This document shows, piece by piece, positions 16,828-28,921 of a DNA stretch of 64,000 bases. The stretch spans positions 34,097 through 98,096 of the forward strand of contig JAHJQF010000001.1 in the NCBI GenBank assembly GCA_018819405.1. Reading direction: 5' to 3'. How positions within the stretch are numbered: position 1 is the first letter of the stretch; every line of letters begins with the position of its first letter. Both the position numbers and the translations under genes were made by a program. The notes under the pieces were generated by a model. That model did no database searches and was not told the origin of the DNA. It saw only the letters and a program-made list of their open reading frames with translations. This DNA comes from Patescibacteria group bacterium (lineage in GTDB: Bacteria > Patescibacteriota > Patescibacteriia > UBA1558 > GWA2-36-10).

Positions 16828-18618
16828 CTAGCTCTGTAAATTATTTATTTCTCTATTAATTAAATTTATTTTATGCGATATTTCGTCTTGTTTGGCTTTA
16901 TCTTTTACCAATTCCGACTGACGTAAATTGTTTATCAATTCCGCTCTTTGAGACTCCAAATATAATTTTTTGACCCTATTAAGCAATTGTTGAAAATCAT
17001 TTGCCAAATCCGACTGGTCTGATTCATTATAGTTTTTTTCTCCCCAAAGTGAGAGTTTTATCCAGTCATCTTTTTCTAATTGTTCAATTTCAGAGAAGTT
17101 GGCAAAATTGCCTAAATTCTGATGCTTAGTATAATAAATTATTACTTTTTTGTAAAGGGGCCTTAAACTCTCAGCAATAAACTCCGGCTCCAAATCAGCT
17201 ATCAATTTTTCTAGATATTCTTTCTTATAAAAAGCAATGGCCAAAAGCTCTTCTGAAAGCATTAGAATTTGATCTTTTCTTTTGGGTGTGGCTGCGACCA
17301 CAGTAGTTTCTGTCTTCTCCAAAAATGACTTGGCTTGATCTAAATCATTTTTAAGCATATCAAAAGGTAATTGTAACTTATCAGACAAAATCTTCAGATA
17401 ATGTGCTTGTTCTACATTACTACCTAGATATTTTATAATGGGTAGAAGTTTATTGACAGCAAGTTTTTTGTGGTCAGCGCGATTGAGATCAATAGCTGAA
17501 AAAATCCTCTTGAAATAATAATCCATTACTGGTATAGATTCTTTGATGGCGCTCAGCCAGGCATTATCGGAGTCTTTTACCATGTCAGCCGGATCCTTGC
17601 CTTTTGGTAAAACCAAAATTTTTACATTCATATCTTCCTGCCAACACAAGGCAATACTTCTAAAAGAAGCCCGAGAGCCGGCCGCATCACCATCAAAAGC
17701 TAAAATAATATTATTGCTATATCTTTTTATCAGTTTGATATGGTCTATAGTAAGAGCCGTACCTGACACTGCTACACAATTTTTAGCACTAGTCTGATGA
17801 GAAGCAATAACATCCATATTACCTTCTACAATAATCAGATATTTTTTGTTTCGGATAGTATCTTTAGCCAAATGCCAACCATAGAGTAGCCTGCTCTTGT
17901 CATATACTATGGTCTGAGGACTATTGATATACTTGCCGCCTTGTTCTATTTCATCATAGGCAATGCCGGCCAAGGTACGTGATGTAAAAGCTACTACTCG
18001 GCCTTGGCTATCAAACAGAGGAAACATCAGTCTTTTTCTAAAACGATCCACATAACCGCTATTATCTTTTTTTTTGACTATCAGACCGGCATCAAACATT
18101 TCTTTTTCGCTGTAGCCATTTTCAATCAAATATTTATAAAGGCCATCCCAAAGCTCGCCGGATAATCCTAATTTCCATTTTGAGATACTACCTTTGTCTA
18201 TTTTTCTTTTATCTAGATAATCCTTTACTTTGTCTGACACCTGGCCGTCTTGCTCCAAAATATTGTGATAAAAATCAGCCGCTGCTTGATTGACCTGATA
18301 AATGCGACTGTTGTCTTTTGTAACTATATTTGAAAAACCAGTCAAAGCTACATTGGCTCGTTCGGCTAGTATCCTAACCGCCTCTTTAAAATCTATACCC
18401 TCATACTCCTGGACAAAGCTGATTACATCGCCACCCTTATCGCAACCAAAACAATGCCAAATTTGTTTTTCTTTGGACACCATAAAGCTAGGTGTTTTTT
18501 CATTATGAAAAGGACAGACTGCCTTAAAATTGCCGCCTACCTGCTGTAGATTGATGTAACTAGACACTGTCTCTACTATATCCAAACGATTTTTTATTTC
18601 CTCTACCGGACTTGTCAT
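16828..18618 (-). CDS. dnaG: DNA primase DnaG
   Basis: CHC2 zinc finger CPFHNEKTPSFMVSKEKQIWHCFGC and TOPRIM domain (IIVEGNMDVIA). Classical dnaG-rpoD linkage. Confidence 0.95.
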   Translation of the reverse strand: MTSPVEEIKNRLDIVETVSSYINLQQVGGNFKAVCPFHNEKTPSFMVSKEKQIWHCFGCDKGGDVISFVQEYEGIDFKEAVRILAERANVALTGFSNIVTKDNSRIYQVNQAAADFYHNILEQDGQVSDKVKDYLDKRKIDKGSISKWKLGLSGELWDGLYKYLIENGYSEKEMFDAGLIVKKKDNSGYVDRFRKRLMFPLFDSQGRVVAFTSRTLAGIAYDEIEQGGKYINSPQTIVYDKSRLLYGWHLAKDTIRNKKYLIIVEGNMDVIASHQTSAKNCVAVSGTALTIDHIKLIKRYSNNIILAFDGDAAGSRASFRSIALCWQEDMNVKILVLPKGKDPADMVKDSDNAWLSAIKESIPVMDYYFKRIFSAIDLNRADHKKLAVNKLLPIIKYLGSNVEQAHYLKILSDKLQLPFDMLKNDLDQAKSFLEKTETTVVAATPKRKDQILMLSEELLAIAFYKKEYLEKLIADLEPEFIAESLRPLYKKVIIYYTKHQNLGNFANFSEIEQLEKDDWIKLSLWGEKNYNESDQSDLANDFQQLLNRVKKLYLESQRAELINNLRQSELVKDKAKQDEISHKINLINREINNLQS

Positions 18619-18718
18619 GCTCTTATCTTAGGCTAAATTTTAGCTTTAGTCAAAGAAAAAGGCGCCGGACAAAATCATGATTTGCCAGACGCCTTCTCAA
18701 TAGATTTGGGGTCAAATT

Positions 18719-18967
18719 CTACGACCCATCATCCTTTTTAGGTGGCACGAAAGCATATTTCAAGCCACACACACTGCAGTGGAAACCCTTAAAAACATCC
18801 CTGTACTGCCTACGGCCACCTGGGCCAAAAATACGTGGCCCTGTGCTGGGATCATACTCTGTTGTTATGACCTTTACTATCTTAGCGCCGCAAACCACAC
18901 AATGACCATCGGTTTCAACTACTTGTGACATTTCTAATCCTTTCGTTGAGTGAACGTTGATGGACAA
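18719..18967 (-). CDS. Small zinc-ribbon protein (two CxxC pairs)
   Basis: CVVCGAK...CSVCGLK. Confidence 0.4.
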   Translation of the reverse strand: MSINVHSTKGLEMSQVVETDGHCVVCGAKIVKVITTEYDPSTGPRIFGPGGRRQYRDVFKGFHCSVCGLKYAFVPPKKDDGS

Positions 18968-19426
18968 TTAAAAATTAACACTATTTTCCAAACTAATCAA
19001 ATATTTTTTATTTTTTAGGCCACCAGCATAACCAACTAGCCTACCAGTAGCACCCACTACTCTGTGGCAAGGTATAATAATAGGTATTTTATTTTTATTG
19101 ACTGCTTGACCTATTGCTCGGCTAGCCAGAGGATTGCCTACCATTTTGGCCAGATCAGAATAAGAAATAACACTGCCATAAGGTATTTTGGACAAGGCAA
19201 GCCAAACTTTATTTTGCCAATTAGTGCCCGCTAGCTTAATAGGTAAATCAAATTTTTTTCTTTTACTTTTGAAATACTGGTTTAATTGAACAACACACTT
19301 GGTTCCAAGTGTGTTGTCGCTATTTTGGCCAATTTTTTTGACAAAATTTATAGCCAAAATATTTTGTTTGTCAGATACAATTTCTAAAACACCGACTGGT
19401 GAATCTAGATAATTTCTGTATTGCAT
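18968..19426 (-). CDS. ogt: Methylated-DNA-protein-cysteine methyltransferase (O6-alkylguanine alkyltransferase)
   Basis: Active site IPCHRVVGATG. Confidence 0.9.
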   Translation of the reverse strand: MQYRNYLDSPVGVLEIVSDKQNILAINFVKKIGQNSDNTLGTKCVVQLNQYFKSKRKKFDLPIKLAGTNWQNKVWLALSKIPYGSVISYSDLAKMVGNPLASRAIGQAVNKNKIPIIIPCHRVVGATGRLVGYAGGLKNKKYLISLENSVNF

Positions 19427-20368
19427 TTATTTTATCATTACTGGAGCTGGTATGGTTTTTTCTCCGTTGGCTGAAGATACTTTTTGGCTGAAACATTGAT
19501 AACCCTTGTCATGTTTGTAATCACCGGATGGATAATACATAGCATCATTGCCGTCAAGATTGGAAGTCAAAAAATCTGCACAAATTTTGTATTCATCATC
19601 AGCAGTGACCTCATAATCATAATATTTTTTGCCATCTGGTTGTTGCAAGGCCTTTTCACTCAACCTATAGCCAGTTTCTGTATTCATCAAAGTAGCCAAG
19701 TCCTCAGGCATTTTTTCATTTAAGGTATAGTAGTTTATAACCGCTGAATTAATTTCGTATAAATTATTTACTACTTCTCTATCAATTTTTTTATTCCTAG
19801 TTTCAACTGGAGAATCTACAAAAAACCATGACAGCACAAATACTGCGGCTACTACTGCCAAAGAAACCCAGGCATACATACTAATAGTTTTATTTTTTTG
19901 ACCTTGTACTTCTTCTCTCCTAATGTCATAGAAATAAAAAGAAAATACAGTGCCTGAAATAGCCAAAGCTGTCAAAGTCTTTAGGATAAATTTTGTAGTC
20001 AAATCACCACCTAAGAAACTATTTATGGTGGCTATCAAAAAACCAATCATTACTACTACTGAGACAAGCAGTATAAAATAAGTAAGCCATTTACGCACTC
20101 CGGCATCTTTATCTAATATACCGGCAAAAAGATTCTTGAAAATCTGACGAGAAGTCAGATAGTAGATAGGTGCCGAAACAATAATAGCTGAAATAGCAAA
20201 TTTCATAGCCCCATCATTATAACTAATTGCATAGTCTTTTATAATGTCTACAATCTGTTTATTGATAATTTGAAATACTATTATGCCAACAGAAATTGAC
20301 ATAAATACCAACGCTACCAGTGATAATAAATAAAGAAAAGCGTATTTGGCTGAGTCATGTTTAGCCAT
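19427..20368 (-). CDS. Membrane protein with an extracytoplasmic C-terminal domain, hypothetical
   Basis: About 5 N-terminal TM helices followed by a soluble Cys-containing domain. Confidence 0.35.
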   Translation of the reverse strand: MAKHDSAKYAFLYLLSLVALVFMSISVGIIVFQIINKQIVDIIKDYAISYNDGAMKFAISAIIVSAPIYYLTSRQIFKNLFAGILDKDAGVRKWLTYFILLVSVVVMIGFLIATINSFLGGDLTTKFILKTLTALAISGTVFSFYFYDIRREEVQGQKNKTISMYAWVSLAVVAAVFVLSWFFVDSPVETRNKKIDREVVNNLYEINSAVINYYTLNEKMPEDLATLMNTETGYRLSEKALQQPDGKKYYDYEVTADDEYKICADFLTSNLDGNDAMYYPSGDYKHDKGYQCFSQKVSSANGEKTIPAPVMIK

Positions 20369-20379
20369 ATTTTTATATT

Positions 20380-20610
20380 TTAATTATTAATTTTTTTAGA
20401 TTTTACTAATTTAAATAAATGAGAAAATGCTGACAAGATAAATACAATTTGTAAAACTACGAAAATCCACTCTCTGATACTATAACTATACACTAAAAGA
20501 GCTACTCCGCCAATAATATACAAAGTATCTTCCAAATATTTTTTCTGCCAAAATACACCGGTTGATATTATAACTAGCCCTAGTATTCCTACAAATTTGT
20601 AAATATCCAT
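20380..20610 (-). CDS. Small membrane protein (76 aa)
   Basis: Two TM helices. Confidence 0.3.
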   Translation of the reverse strand: MDIYKFVGILGLVIISTGVFWQKKYLEDTLYIIGGVALLVYSYSIREWIFVVLQIVFILSAFSHLFKLVKSKKINN

Positions 20611-20614
20611 ATTT

Positions 20615-21331
20615 TTATTTGATTAATAAATCAGCAAAATGTCCGACCAGATAACCGACCAAAAGAGCAACCCCACCTAATATCATTATTCTAAATCCAG
20701 CTTTTAGCCAATTTATCTTGGTGTATTTTGTAGTAGCTACGCCCAAGACAAATAAACCAGCCAAAGTAGCACCAATTGATATATAGATTGCCTTATCTAT
20801 TGGTAGTAGAAAATAAGCAAACAAAGGAATAATACCCCCTATTATGTAGGCAAAAAACATAAATAGGCCGTTACGCCAGGGATGACTTTTATCCAATATA
20901 GATATGTTTAATTCATGAGCGGCCATTTCTTTGAGCATGAGTTTTTTGTTTTTTGAGGCTACTTCCGACATCTTATCAGCTATATCTATTGGCCAACCGT
21001 CACGTATATAAATATCTTTTAGCTCTTTTTTTTCTTCATGAGGAAAATCTTCTATTTCACTTTTTTCTTCATAAAGTTTTCTTTTGATCACATCTCTTTC
21101 TGAACCGCTAGATATATATGAACCAATACCCATAGAAATTGATTCCACTGCAATAATGACCATACCGGCCAAAACAACCGTGAATTTGTCCTGGCTACCA
21201 ACTGCAATGCCAGTAATAGCCCCTAGGGTAGAAACCATACCATCCTCCATACCAAAAACTATTTCTCTGATAGCCAAAATAATTTTTGAATTTTGGTGAT
21301 GGATATAATCAGGGTTGTATCTATCGTGCAT
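20615..21331 (-). CDS. VIT1/CCC1-family (DUF125) Fe/Mn transporter
   Basis: FGMEDGMVSTLGAITGIAVG signature plus C-terminal TM helices. Confidence 0.8.
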   Translation of the reverse strand: MHDRYNPDYIHHQNSKIILAIREIVFGMEDGMVSTLGAITGIAVGSQDKFTVVLAGMVIIAVESISMGIGSYISSGSERDVIKRKLYEEKSEIEDFPHEEKKELKDIYIRDGWPIDIADKMSEVASKNKKLMLKEMAAHELNISILDKSHPWRNGLFMFFAYIIGGIIPLFAYFLLPIDKAIYISIGATLAGLFVLGVATTKYTKINWLKAGFRIMILGGVALLVGYLVGHFADLLIK

Positions 21332-21334
21332 ATT

Positions 21335-23538
<2,204 letters not shown>

Positions 23539-23759
23539 AAGTAAATCAATTTTACCTCAAAAACACCAAAAAAACAAGCCTCTCAGCACATTATTATGTT
23601 ATTTATTTATGCACTAATTTAGGTATAATAATTTTTTATCTACCGACAAGACTTGAGATATAATTATTTTTTTATTTTTGTCAATTTTGCCTTTGGCCTT
23701 ATAAATAAATTTAGAATATGGTTTGAATTAACTCCTTTTAACTATATAAAAATCAACCT

Positions 23760-23790
23760 AAAAATAAAAAGCCCTAATGGGCTTTTTAAA
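23760..23790 (-). terminator. Rho-independent terminator downstream of msrB
   Basis: AAAGCCC-taat-GGGCTTT hairpin with a flanking U-run on the minus strand. Confidence 0.65.
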
Positions 23791-23791
23791 A

Positions 23792-24202
23792 TTACTCAAA
23801 TAATTTACTATATTCCCCGTAGCCTTGTTTTTCCAAATCAGCTCTGGGTATAAATTTCAAAGCCGCCGAATTGATACAATATCTCTGACTAGTCGAACCA
23901 GGTCCGTCATCAAAGACATGCCCCAAGTGGGAATCTGCCTGAGAGCTACGCACTTCAATACGACCGTCGTCTTCCGGCTTTTCTACTACCAAGCTCTTAT
24001 CAATCGGCCTAGTAAAGCTTGGCCAACCAGTGTTGGAATCATATTTGTCCTGCGAAGAGAATAAAGGCTTCCCTGATACTATATCTACATATATACCTTC
24101 TCTTTTTTCATTCCAATATTCATTGTCAAATGGTGGTTCTGTACTACATTGCTGGGTGACTTTGTACTGCATTGGAGTTAATTTCTCTTTGAGTTCATCC
24201 AT
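23792..24202 (-). CDS. msrB: Peptide-methionine (R)-S-oxide reductase MsrB
   Basis: GWPSF and RYCINSAAL motifs. Confidence 0.9.
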   Translation of the reverse strand: MDELKEKLTPMQYKVTQQCSTEPPFDNEYWNEKREGIYVDIVSGKPLFSSQDKYDSNTGWPSFTRPIDKSLVVEKPEDDGRIEVRSSQADSHLGHVFDDGPGSTSQRYCINSAALKFIPRADLEKQGYGEYSKLFE

Positions 24203-24246
24203 AACACTTATATTCTAATAATATAATTTTAATACTACTAAAAATT

Positions 24247-24645
24247 TTATTCTGTAGTCACACCATCAAAGTCCTCTTCATTGGCCTCGGCTTCTTCTTT
24301 GGTCTTTCTGACAATGCCGTCTTTGTGATGAGCCGGTGAATAGATAGTATAGAGCTTTAACTCTTCAGTAGCAGAAGTATTTATAATATTATGCTGGCTA
24401 CCAGCTGGTACTACAACTGCTACTCCATCAGACAATTCATATTCATTGCCATCAATGATAGCTTTGCCCTGACCACTTTCAAAACGAAAAAACTGGTCAT
24501 TTTCAGTATGGGTCTCCATACCGATTTCTGATTTTGGAGCTATACTCATCAAGACTAGTTGGCTATGTTTTGAGGTATAGAGAACTTTGCGAAAATTACT
24601 ATTTTCCAAAGTCTCACGCTCAATATTAATACTAAACCCTTTCAT
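24247..24645 (-). CDS. Cupin-domain protein
   Basis: Size and HxH...E...H cupin-like pattern (GMETHTEND...VVVPAGSQHN). Confidence 0.5.
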   Translation of the reverse strand: MKGFSINIERETLENSNFRKVLYTSKHSQLVLMSIAPKSEIGMETHTENDQFFRFESGQGKAIIDGNEYELSDGVAVVVPAGSQHNIINTSATEELKLYTIYSPAHHKDGIVRKTKEEAEANEEDFDGVTTE

Positions 24646-24684
24646 AATTTTATATTTAAATTAGTTAAATATACTGCTTCATCA

Positions 24685-25659
24685 TTACCAGGATTTTATC
24701 TTTATATAATGCCCGCCCAGCGTCCAGTCTTCGTGCTTTTTCAAATCATCTATAAACTCAGGAAATCTTTCAGTTACTCTTTTTAGGTTGCCGTCAGTAT
24801 CTACAAACTTGGGATCTACAAAACGTAATTTATTTTTGGAAAAAAAGTCATAATTATTTTTATCAAAATCTATCACCAGTTTTGGATTTAATTTGGCCAA
24901 GAGATCAAGCACTTGTTGATTAGCGCTATTTTTTAATTTGTCATAGACAAACTTGTCATCCTCAAACAAATCATCTTTACTAATAATATTTTCCGCCAAA
25001 GCAATCTTAATAGCGTTGGCCAAAATTTGGAAAAGAGCAATTTCAAGCGGAGCTGACCAAACTCGATAGTCCATATCCAAAAAATCTTTGGCAAAATATA
25101 GAGCAATATCAGGCTTACTAAAAACTATTTCGTTATTTACTGTGACAAAATCAGCTATATAGCTAGCCACTCTTTCCCCCTCTTTCAAATATCCCACTCT
25201 ATCACGCAGAGCATAATCAATCCTATCGGCACAAAGATCTGGTAATTTTCTTTCCAGTAGAGGGAAGTTGTTTTCATCCAACAATCTATCCAAATCAAAA
25301 TTGTATTTTTTCAAAATACCAGGTATATCTGATTTTTTGATTATTTCTTCATGAAATTTTTCATGAAATTCGTGATCCTCATTTTCAAAAACATAATCAA
25401 TAACGTGAGAAAATGCAGTATGTGGCACGTCATGAAGAAGCCCGGCAATTTGCTCTTCGAGAGGAGCGCCCAAAATTTTAAGCAGTATCATCACACCTAC
25501 CGAATGCTCATAACGGTTTATTGGTTTATTCAAAGCATATTGGGATGCTCCGGCCTGATTAATACCCTTGAGCCTCTCCAAAGGAAAAGACTGCATAAGC
25601 TCCAAAAGCACAGGCTCATTTATTTCTATTTTGCCGTAAACTCTATCTGTAATTATCAT
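24685..25659 (-). CDS. HD-domain metal-dependent phosphohydrolase
   Basis: HSVGV...LLHDVPHTAFSH HD motif. Confidence 0.75.
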   Translation of the reverse strand: MIITDRVYGKIEINEPVLLELMQSFPLERLKGINQAGASQYALNKPINRYEHSVGVMILLKILGAPLEEQIAGLLHDVPHTAFSHVIDYVFENEDHEFHEKFHEEIIKKSDIPGILKKYNFDLDRLLDENNFPLLERKLPDLCADRIDYALRDRVGYLKEGERVASYIADFVTVNNEIVFSKPDIALYFAKDFLDMDYRVWSAPLEIALFQILANAIKIALAENIISKDDLFEDDKFVYDKLKNSANQQVLDLLAKLNPKLVIDFDKNNYDFFSKNKLRFVDPKFVDTDGNLKRVTERFPEFIDDLKKHEDWTLGGHYIKIKSW

Positions 25660-25668
25660 TGAAAAAAA

Positions 25669-26412
25669 TTATCGTAATGTCCAGCCGCCATCTACCACAA
25701 TAGTTTGACCGGTGACATAAGACGCCAAGTCAGAAGCCAGATACAAAACTGCTCCGGCAATATCTTCGGGCTGTCCCATACGAGCCATAGGAATAGCTGA
25801 TATAGTCTGTTGTAACACTTTGTCGTCCATAGCCCCGGTTGCTCCCGGTGTTTGTATTGCACCAGGTAGTACGGCATTTACCGTAATTTTCTTTGATGCC
25901 AATTCAAGTGCCAGCGCTCTAACCATAGCATTTACTCCGCCTTTGGAAGCACAGTAGTGTACCAATCCGGCAAAACCAACCACCGAAGCAATTGAAGATA
26001 TATCAATAATTCTGCCACCTTCAGCCATCACAGCGGCTGCCGCTTGAGAACATAAAAATGTACCTTTGAGATTAATATCAATTACTTTGTCCCAATCCGC
26101 TTCAGTCATTTTGTCAGAGGAAATAAATGGATAAATACCAGCATTGTTGACCAAAATATCTAGGCCACCAAATTCTTTGGCTGTAGAAGATATCATATTA
26201 TCAATATCAGCTTTTTTACTAACATCACACTCTATAGCCAAAGACTTCACTCCCAGCTTGGTGATTTCATCACAAACATTTTGACATTCTTTGATATCCA
26301 AATCGGCCACTACTACATTGGCTCCAGCTTTGGCTAACATCAAAGCAATTCCTTTGCCAATTCCCTGTTTGGCACCAGTGACTATAGCTGTTTTATTTTG
26401 CAAATTTATCAT
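25669..26412 (-). CDS. SDR-family oxidoreductase (FabG-like 3-oxoacyl-ACP reductase)
   Basis: TGAKQGIGKG Rossmann motif, NNAG, YCASKGG catalytic tyrosine motif. Confidence 0.85.
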   Translation of the reverse strand: MINLQNKTAIVTGAKQGIGKGIALMLAKAGANVVVADLDIKECQNVCDEITKLGVKSLAIECDVSKKADIDNMISSTAKEFGGLDILVNNAGIYPFISSDKMTEADWDKVIDINLKGTFLCSQAAAAVMAEGGRIIDISSIASVVGFAGLVHYCASKGGVNAMVRALALELASKKITVNAVLPGAIQTPGATGAMDDKVLQQTISAIPMARMGQPEDIAGAVLYLASDLASYVTGQTIVVDGGWTLR

Positions 26413-26620
26413 ATTTTTTTACCCCGTTAAACAATATTTGAGCTAAGCTCAAATATTAAACTTAATTATTATCTATTAAAGATCATCTTATACTAATCTA
26501 ATTTAATAATACAATAGTAATAAAAAATTATCAAAAATTTAAGTTTGTTTAACGGGCTGAATTTAAAAATAAGCTATCAACTATAATGATAACTTATCTA
26601 AAAATTGTTGTAAAACAATG

Positions 26621-27181
26621 CTACCTTACTTCCCCAATATTATCTTTGATTATTTCAAGCGCTGCTTTATGCAAACTTGGATTTGAATGGCTTCTACAAA
26701 GGTTTTTAAATACCACAACATTGAATCCTCTGTCAAAAGCATCTCTAGCAAAAGTCAAAACGCAATTTTCGGTATCTATTCCAGCCAAATGTACTTCTTT
26801 AATACCTTTATTTTTTAAGAGACTCTCTATTTTTTTATTTACAAAAGCTCCGTAAGTATCTTTTATAAAGACTTTTTTAGATTTTGCTAGTTCAGCAATC
26901 TCATCCATAAGTCCATACTCCTCTTCTTTCATAAAACCTTTCCAGCCCAGATTTCTATATAAATAACTTTTATTATTATTTATGTGTTGGGTAAATAAAA
27001 TCAAAGAATATTTCTTATGATTTTTTTCTACAAATTTTTTAATTCGTGTAGCAAGGCCTTTAGTATGCTCTGAAATAAAACCTTTTTGGACATCAATAAT
27101 TACTAATACTTTTTTCATATTTTTTATTAAGCTGTTTTTAATTTTCTCGGTCGCTTGATAGCAAAAATTATAGATGAACAC
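26621..27181 (-). CDS. Isochorismatase-family cysteine hydrolase (nicotinamidase-like)
   Basis: VLVIIDVQKGF start motif and a conserved Cys (ENCVLT). Confidence 0.75.
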   Translation of the reverse strand: MFIYNFCYQATEKIKNSLIKNMKKVLVIIDVQKGFISEHTKGLATRIKKFVEKNHKKYSLILFTQHINNNKSYLYRNLGWKGFMKEEEYGLMDEIAELAKSKKVFIKDTYGAFVNKKIESLLKNKGIKEVHLAGIDTENCVLTFARDAFDRGFNVVVFKNLCRSHSNPSLHKAALEIIKDNIGEVR

Positions 27182-27705
27182 ATTAAGACTAGATAAGATG
27201 GAAATACTATTTCGGTAAAAGCCCAGGTCTTTACGGCTGCAAAACTAGTCAGAGCATTAAATAAACCAGCTGCATAAGCGCTGACCGATTCTGACTCTGG
27301 ATATTGCCATGATTTTTTCAAAGTCGGTAATCCTGCCAAAGCATCACTTAAAACTGCAAAAATTATGGCTACTATCGGTTCTTTGGTAACAAGCCACAAA
27401 ACTAGAGCCAAGGCTGATAAGCCTCCGCAGATATAATCAAGCTTTTTCAGTTGCCAATATGATTTTTTGTTTACAAAAGAAGCCAACAAAACCAAAAATG
27501 GACAAAAACCGGCCATAAAAATTGGCAACACTACCCAGCTAAAACCAGCTGACAGGCCAGCGGCACTAGCAATCATTGGAGCTATAGACCACATCAGCCA
27601 AGTGACACGATTTGGCTGGTTCAAGCCTCTCAATGTATCTCTGATATAGCTAGATGTCCCTATAATATTGACTGCCGCTCCTAGTAAAACTAAATATTGG
27701 ATCAT
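27127..27705 (-). CDS. Polytopic membrane protein, hypothetical; 3' end overlaps the downstream gene by 55 nt
   Basis: 5-6 TM helices. Confidence 0.35.
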   Translation of the reverse strand: MIQYLVLLGAAVNIIGTSSYIRDTLRGLNQPNRVTWLMWSIAPMIASAAGLSAGFSWVVLPIFMAGFCPFLVLLASFVNKKSYWQLKKLDYICGGLSALALVLWLVTKEPIVAIIFAVLSDALAGLPTLKKSWQYPESESVSAYAAGLFNALTSFAAVKTWAFTEIVFPSYLVLMCSSIIFAIKRPRKLKTA

Positions 27706-27897
27706 GAATAAATTTTATCACATAAACATCAAAAACAAAAAGAAGTAAATATTAGAAATTATGCTAAGTATTTACTTAAAGAAGGCGCGGTGTCTGAAAA
27801 AAGAGAGTTGTTGGGTAATTTGAGATCAAGAATAACATATAAGAATAAAAAATTGAGTATAATTATATAAATAATTTAACTAACATTAGCTATAAAT

Positions 27898-27926
27898 TTG
27901 ACAAATCTAAGTCATTTTGATATAAA
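27898..27926 (+). promoter_or_regulatory. Consensus sigma-70-like promoter (TTGACA-17-TATAAA) upstream of the 28026 ORF
   Basis: TTGACA at 27898-27903, 17-nt spacer, TATAAA at 27921-27926. Confidence 0.5.
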
Positions 27927-28025
27927 TGTAAGCTGTTTTAAACAAATGAATATTTTGACAAATAAAAATTTTCATTGTAAAGTTGGGGTAGTTATTGGCT
28001 ATAATTAGCATAATAATCAAAAAAT

Positions 28026-28691
28026 ATGAAAAAACAGGCAACAATTGCAAGCTCAATAATAGTAGTCCTGATAATATTAGGGGGTCTAGTATATTGGAGT
28101 TTAAATAAAAATCATACATTCTATAATAATGAAAATATAAATGAGAATGAGAACGTGAACAATGAAAATGCGAACATTGACAATTTAAATACGGAACTAG
28201 ATACAAGCAACTGGGTTACTTTCGAAGATAAAGAATTAGGTATTAGTTACAAACATCCTGCTGACTGTTGGCAAAACTGGGCTGGCCCTGGTACCAATTA
28301 TAGTGTATACGTAAATTGCCATTCCGGCATAGCTATGTCATATGAAAAAGCTATTAATTCTTTCCCAAATTATGACAATGGCCGAAAATTAAGTATAAAA
28401 GATATCGCTGATATTTATTATAACCTCAATGAAAATATTCCAGATGTTAAAATACTTAGTGATATCAATAGAGTAGATATAAATTCTAATGAGGCTTATC
28501 AATTTACAGTAGATTCTGCTTTCTATATGCCTTGTGATGATGACTATACTAAAAGTTGTAATGGAGGTGTTTTATATAGTAAATATAAAATTACATTTGT
28601 AGGTAATGGTAATAATAATATGATACTAGACACTGAATATAATAATTCCCTTGATGAAAAGATATTAGAGACATTCAATTTTACAAAATAA
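28026..28691 (+). CDS. Membrane-anchored or secreted Asn-rich hypothetical protein
   Basis: N-terminal TM segment; low-complexity NENINENENVNNENANIDNLN region. Confidence 0.4.
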   Translation: MKKQATIASSIIVVLIILGGLVYWSLNKNHTFYNNENINENENVNNENANIDNLNTELDTSNWVTFEDKELGISYKHPADCWQNWAGPGTNYSVYVNCHSGIAMSYEKAINSFPNYDNGRKLSIKDIADIYYNLNENIPDVKILSDINRVDINSNEAYQFTVDSAFYMPCDDDYTKSCNGGVLYSKYKITFVGNGNNNMILDTEYNNSLDEKILETFNFTK

Positions 28692-28746
28692 TAAATAGTC
28701 AAAAATAAGAAAAGCGAAATTGAGACTTACTTGTAACGGTTGGTCT

Positions 28747-28778
28747 TTTTGTGTCCAGAGATTTTTGTGTCCAGAGAT
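28747..28778. repeat. Perfect tandem 16-bp direct repeat (ttttgtgtccagagat x2) at the junction with GC-rich DNA
   Basis: Read directly from the sequence. Followed by inverted repeat ggttgtaa...ttacaacc at 28811-28843. Confidence 0.8.
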
Positions 28779-28921
28779 TGAGGAATATAAATATTATTCT
28801 TTTTCTCTGGTTGTAAAACCAGAATCTAGTTCCTTACAACCTAAAACAACAAACAGAAAGGAGTTGTTTAAGCATAATTTGCTAGTCTAATTCTGGACTA
28901 AGCAAAAGTCAAACTAACAAC

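Noticed and set aside
16535-16831. 98-aa hydrophobic ORF antisense to the Lys-rich N-terminus of rpoD
   Set aside because: It is antisense to poly-Lys codons (AAA/AAG gives TTT/CTT, i.e. Phe/Leu), a typical shadow ORF.
26427-26451. The 11-bp perfect hairpin AATATTTGAGC-taa-GCTCAAATATT as a transcription terminator
   Set aside because: It lacks a U-run on either strand in the correct position. It is more plausibly part of the structured leader or an operator, described in findings.
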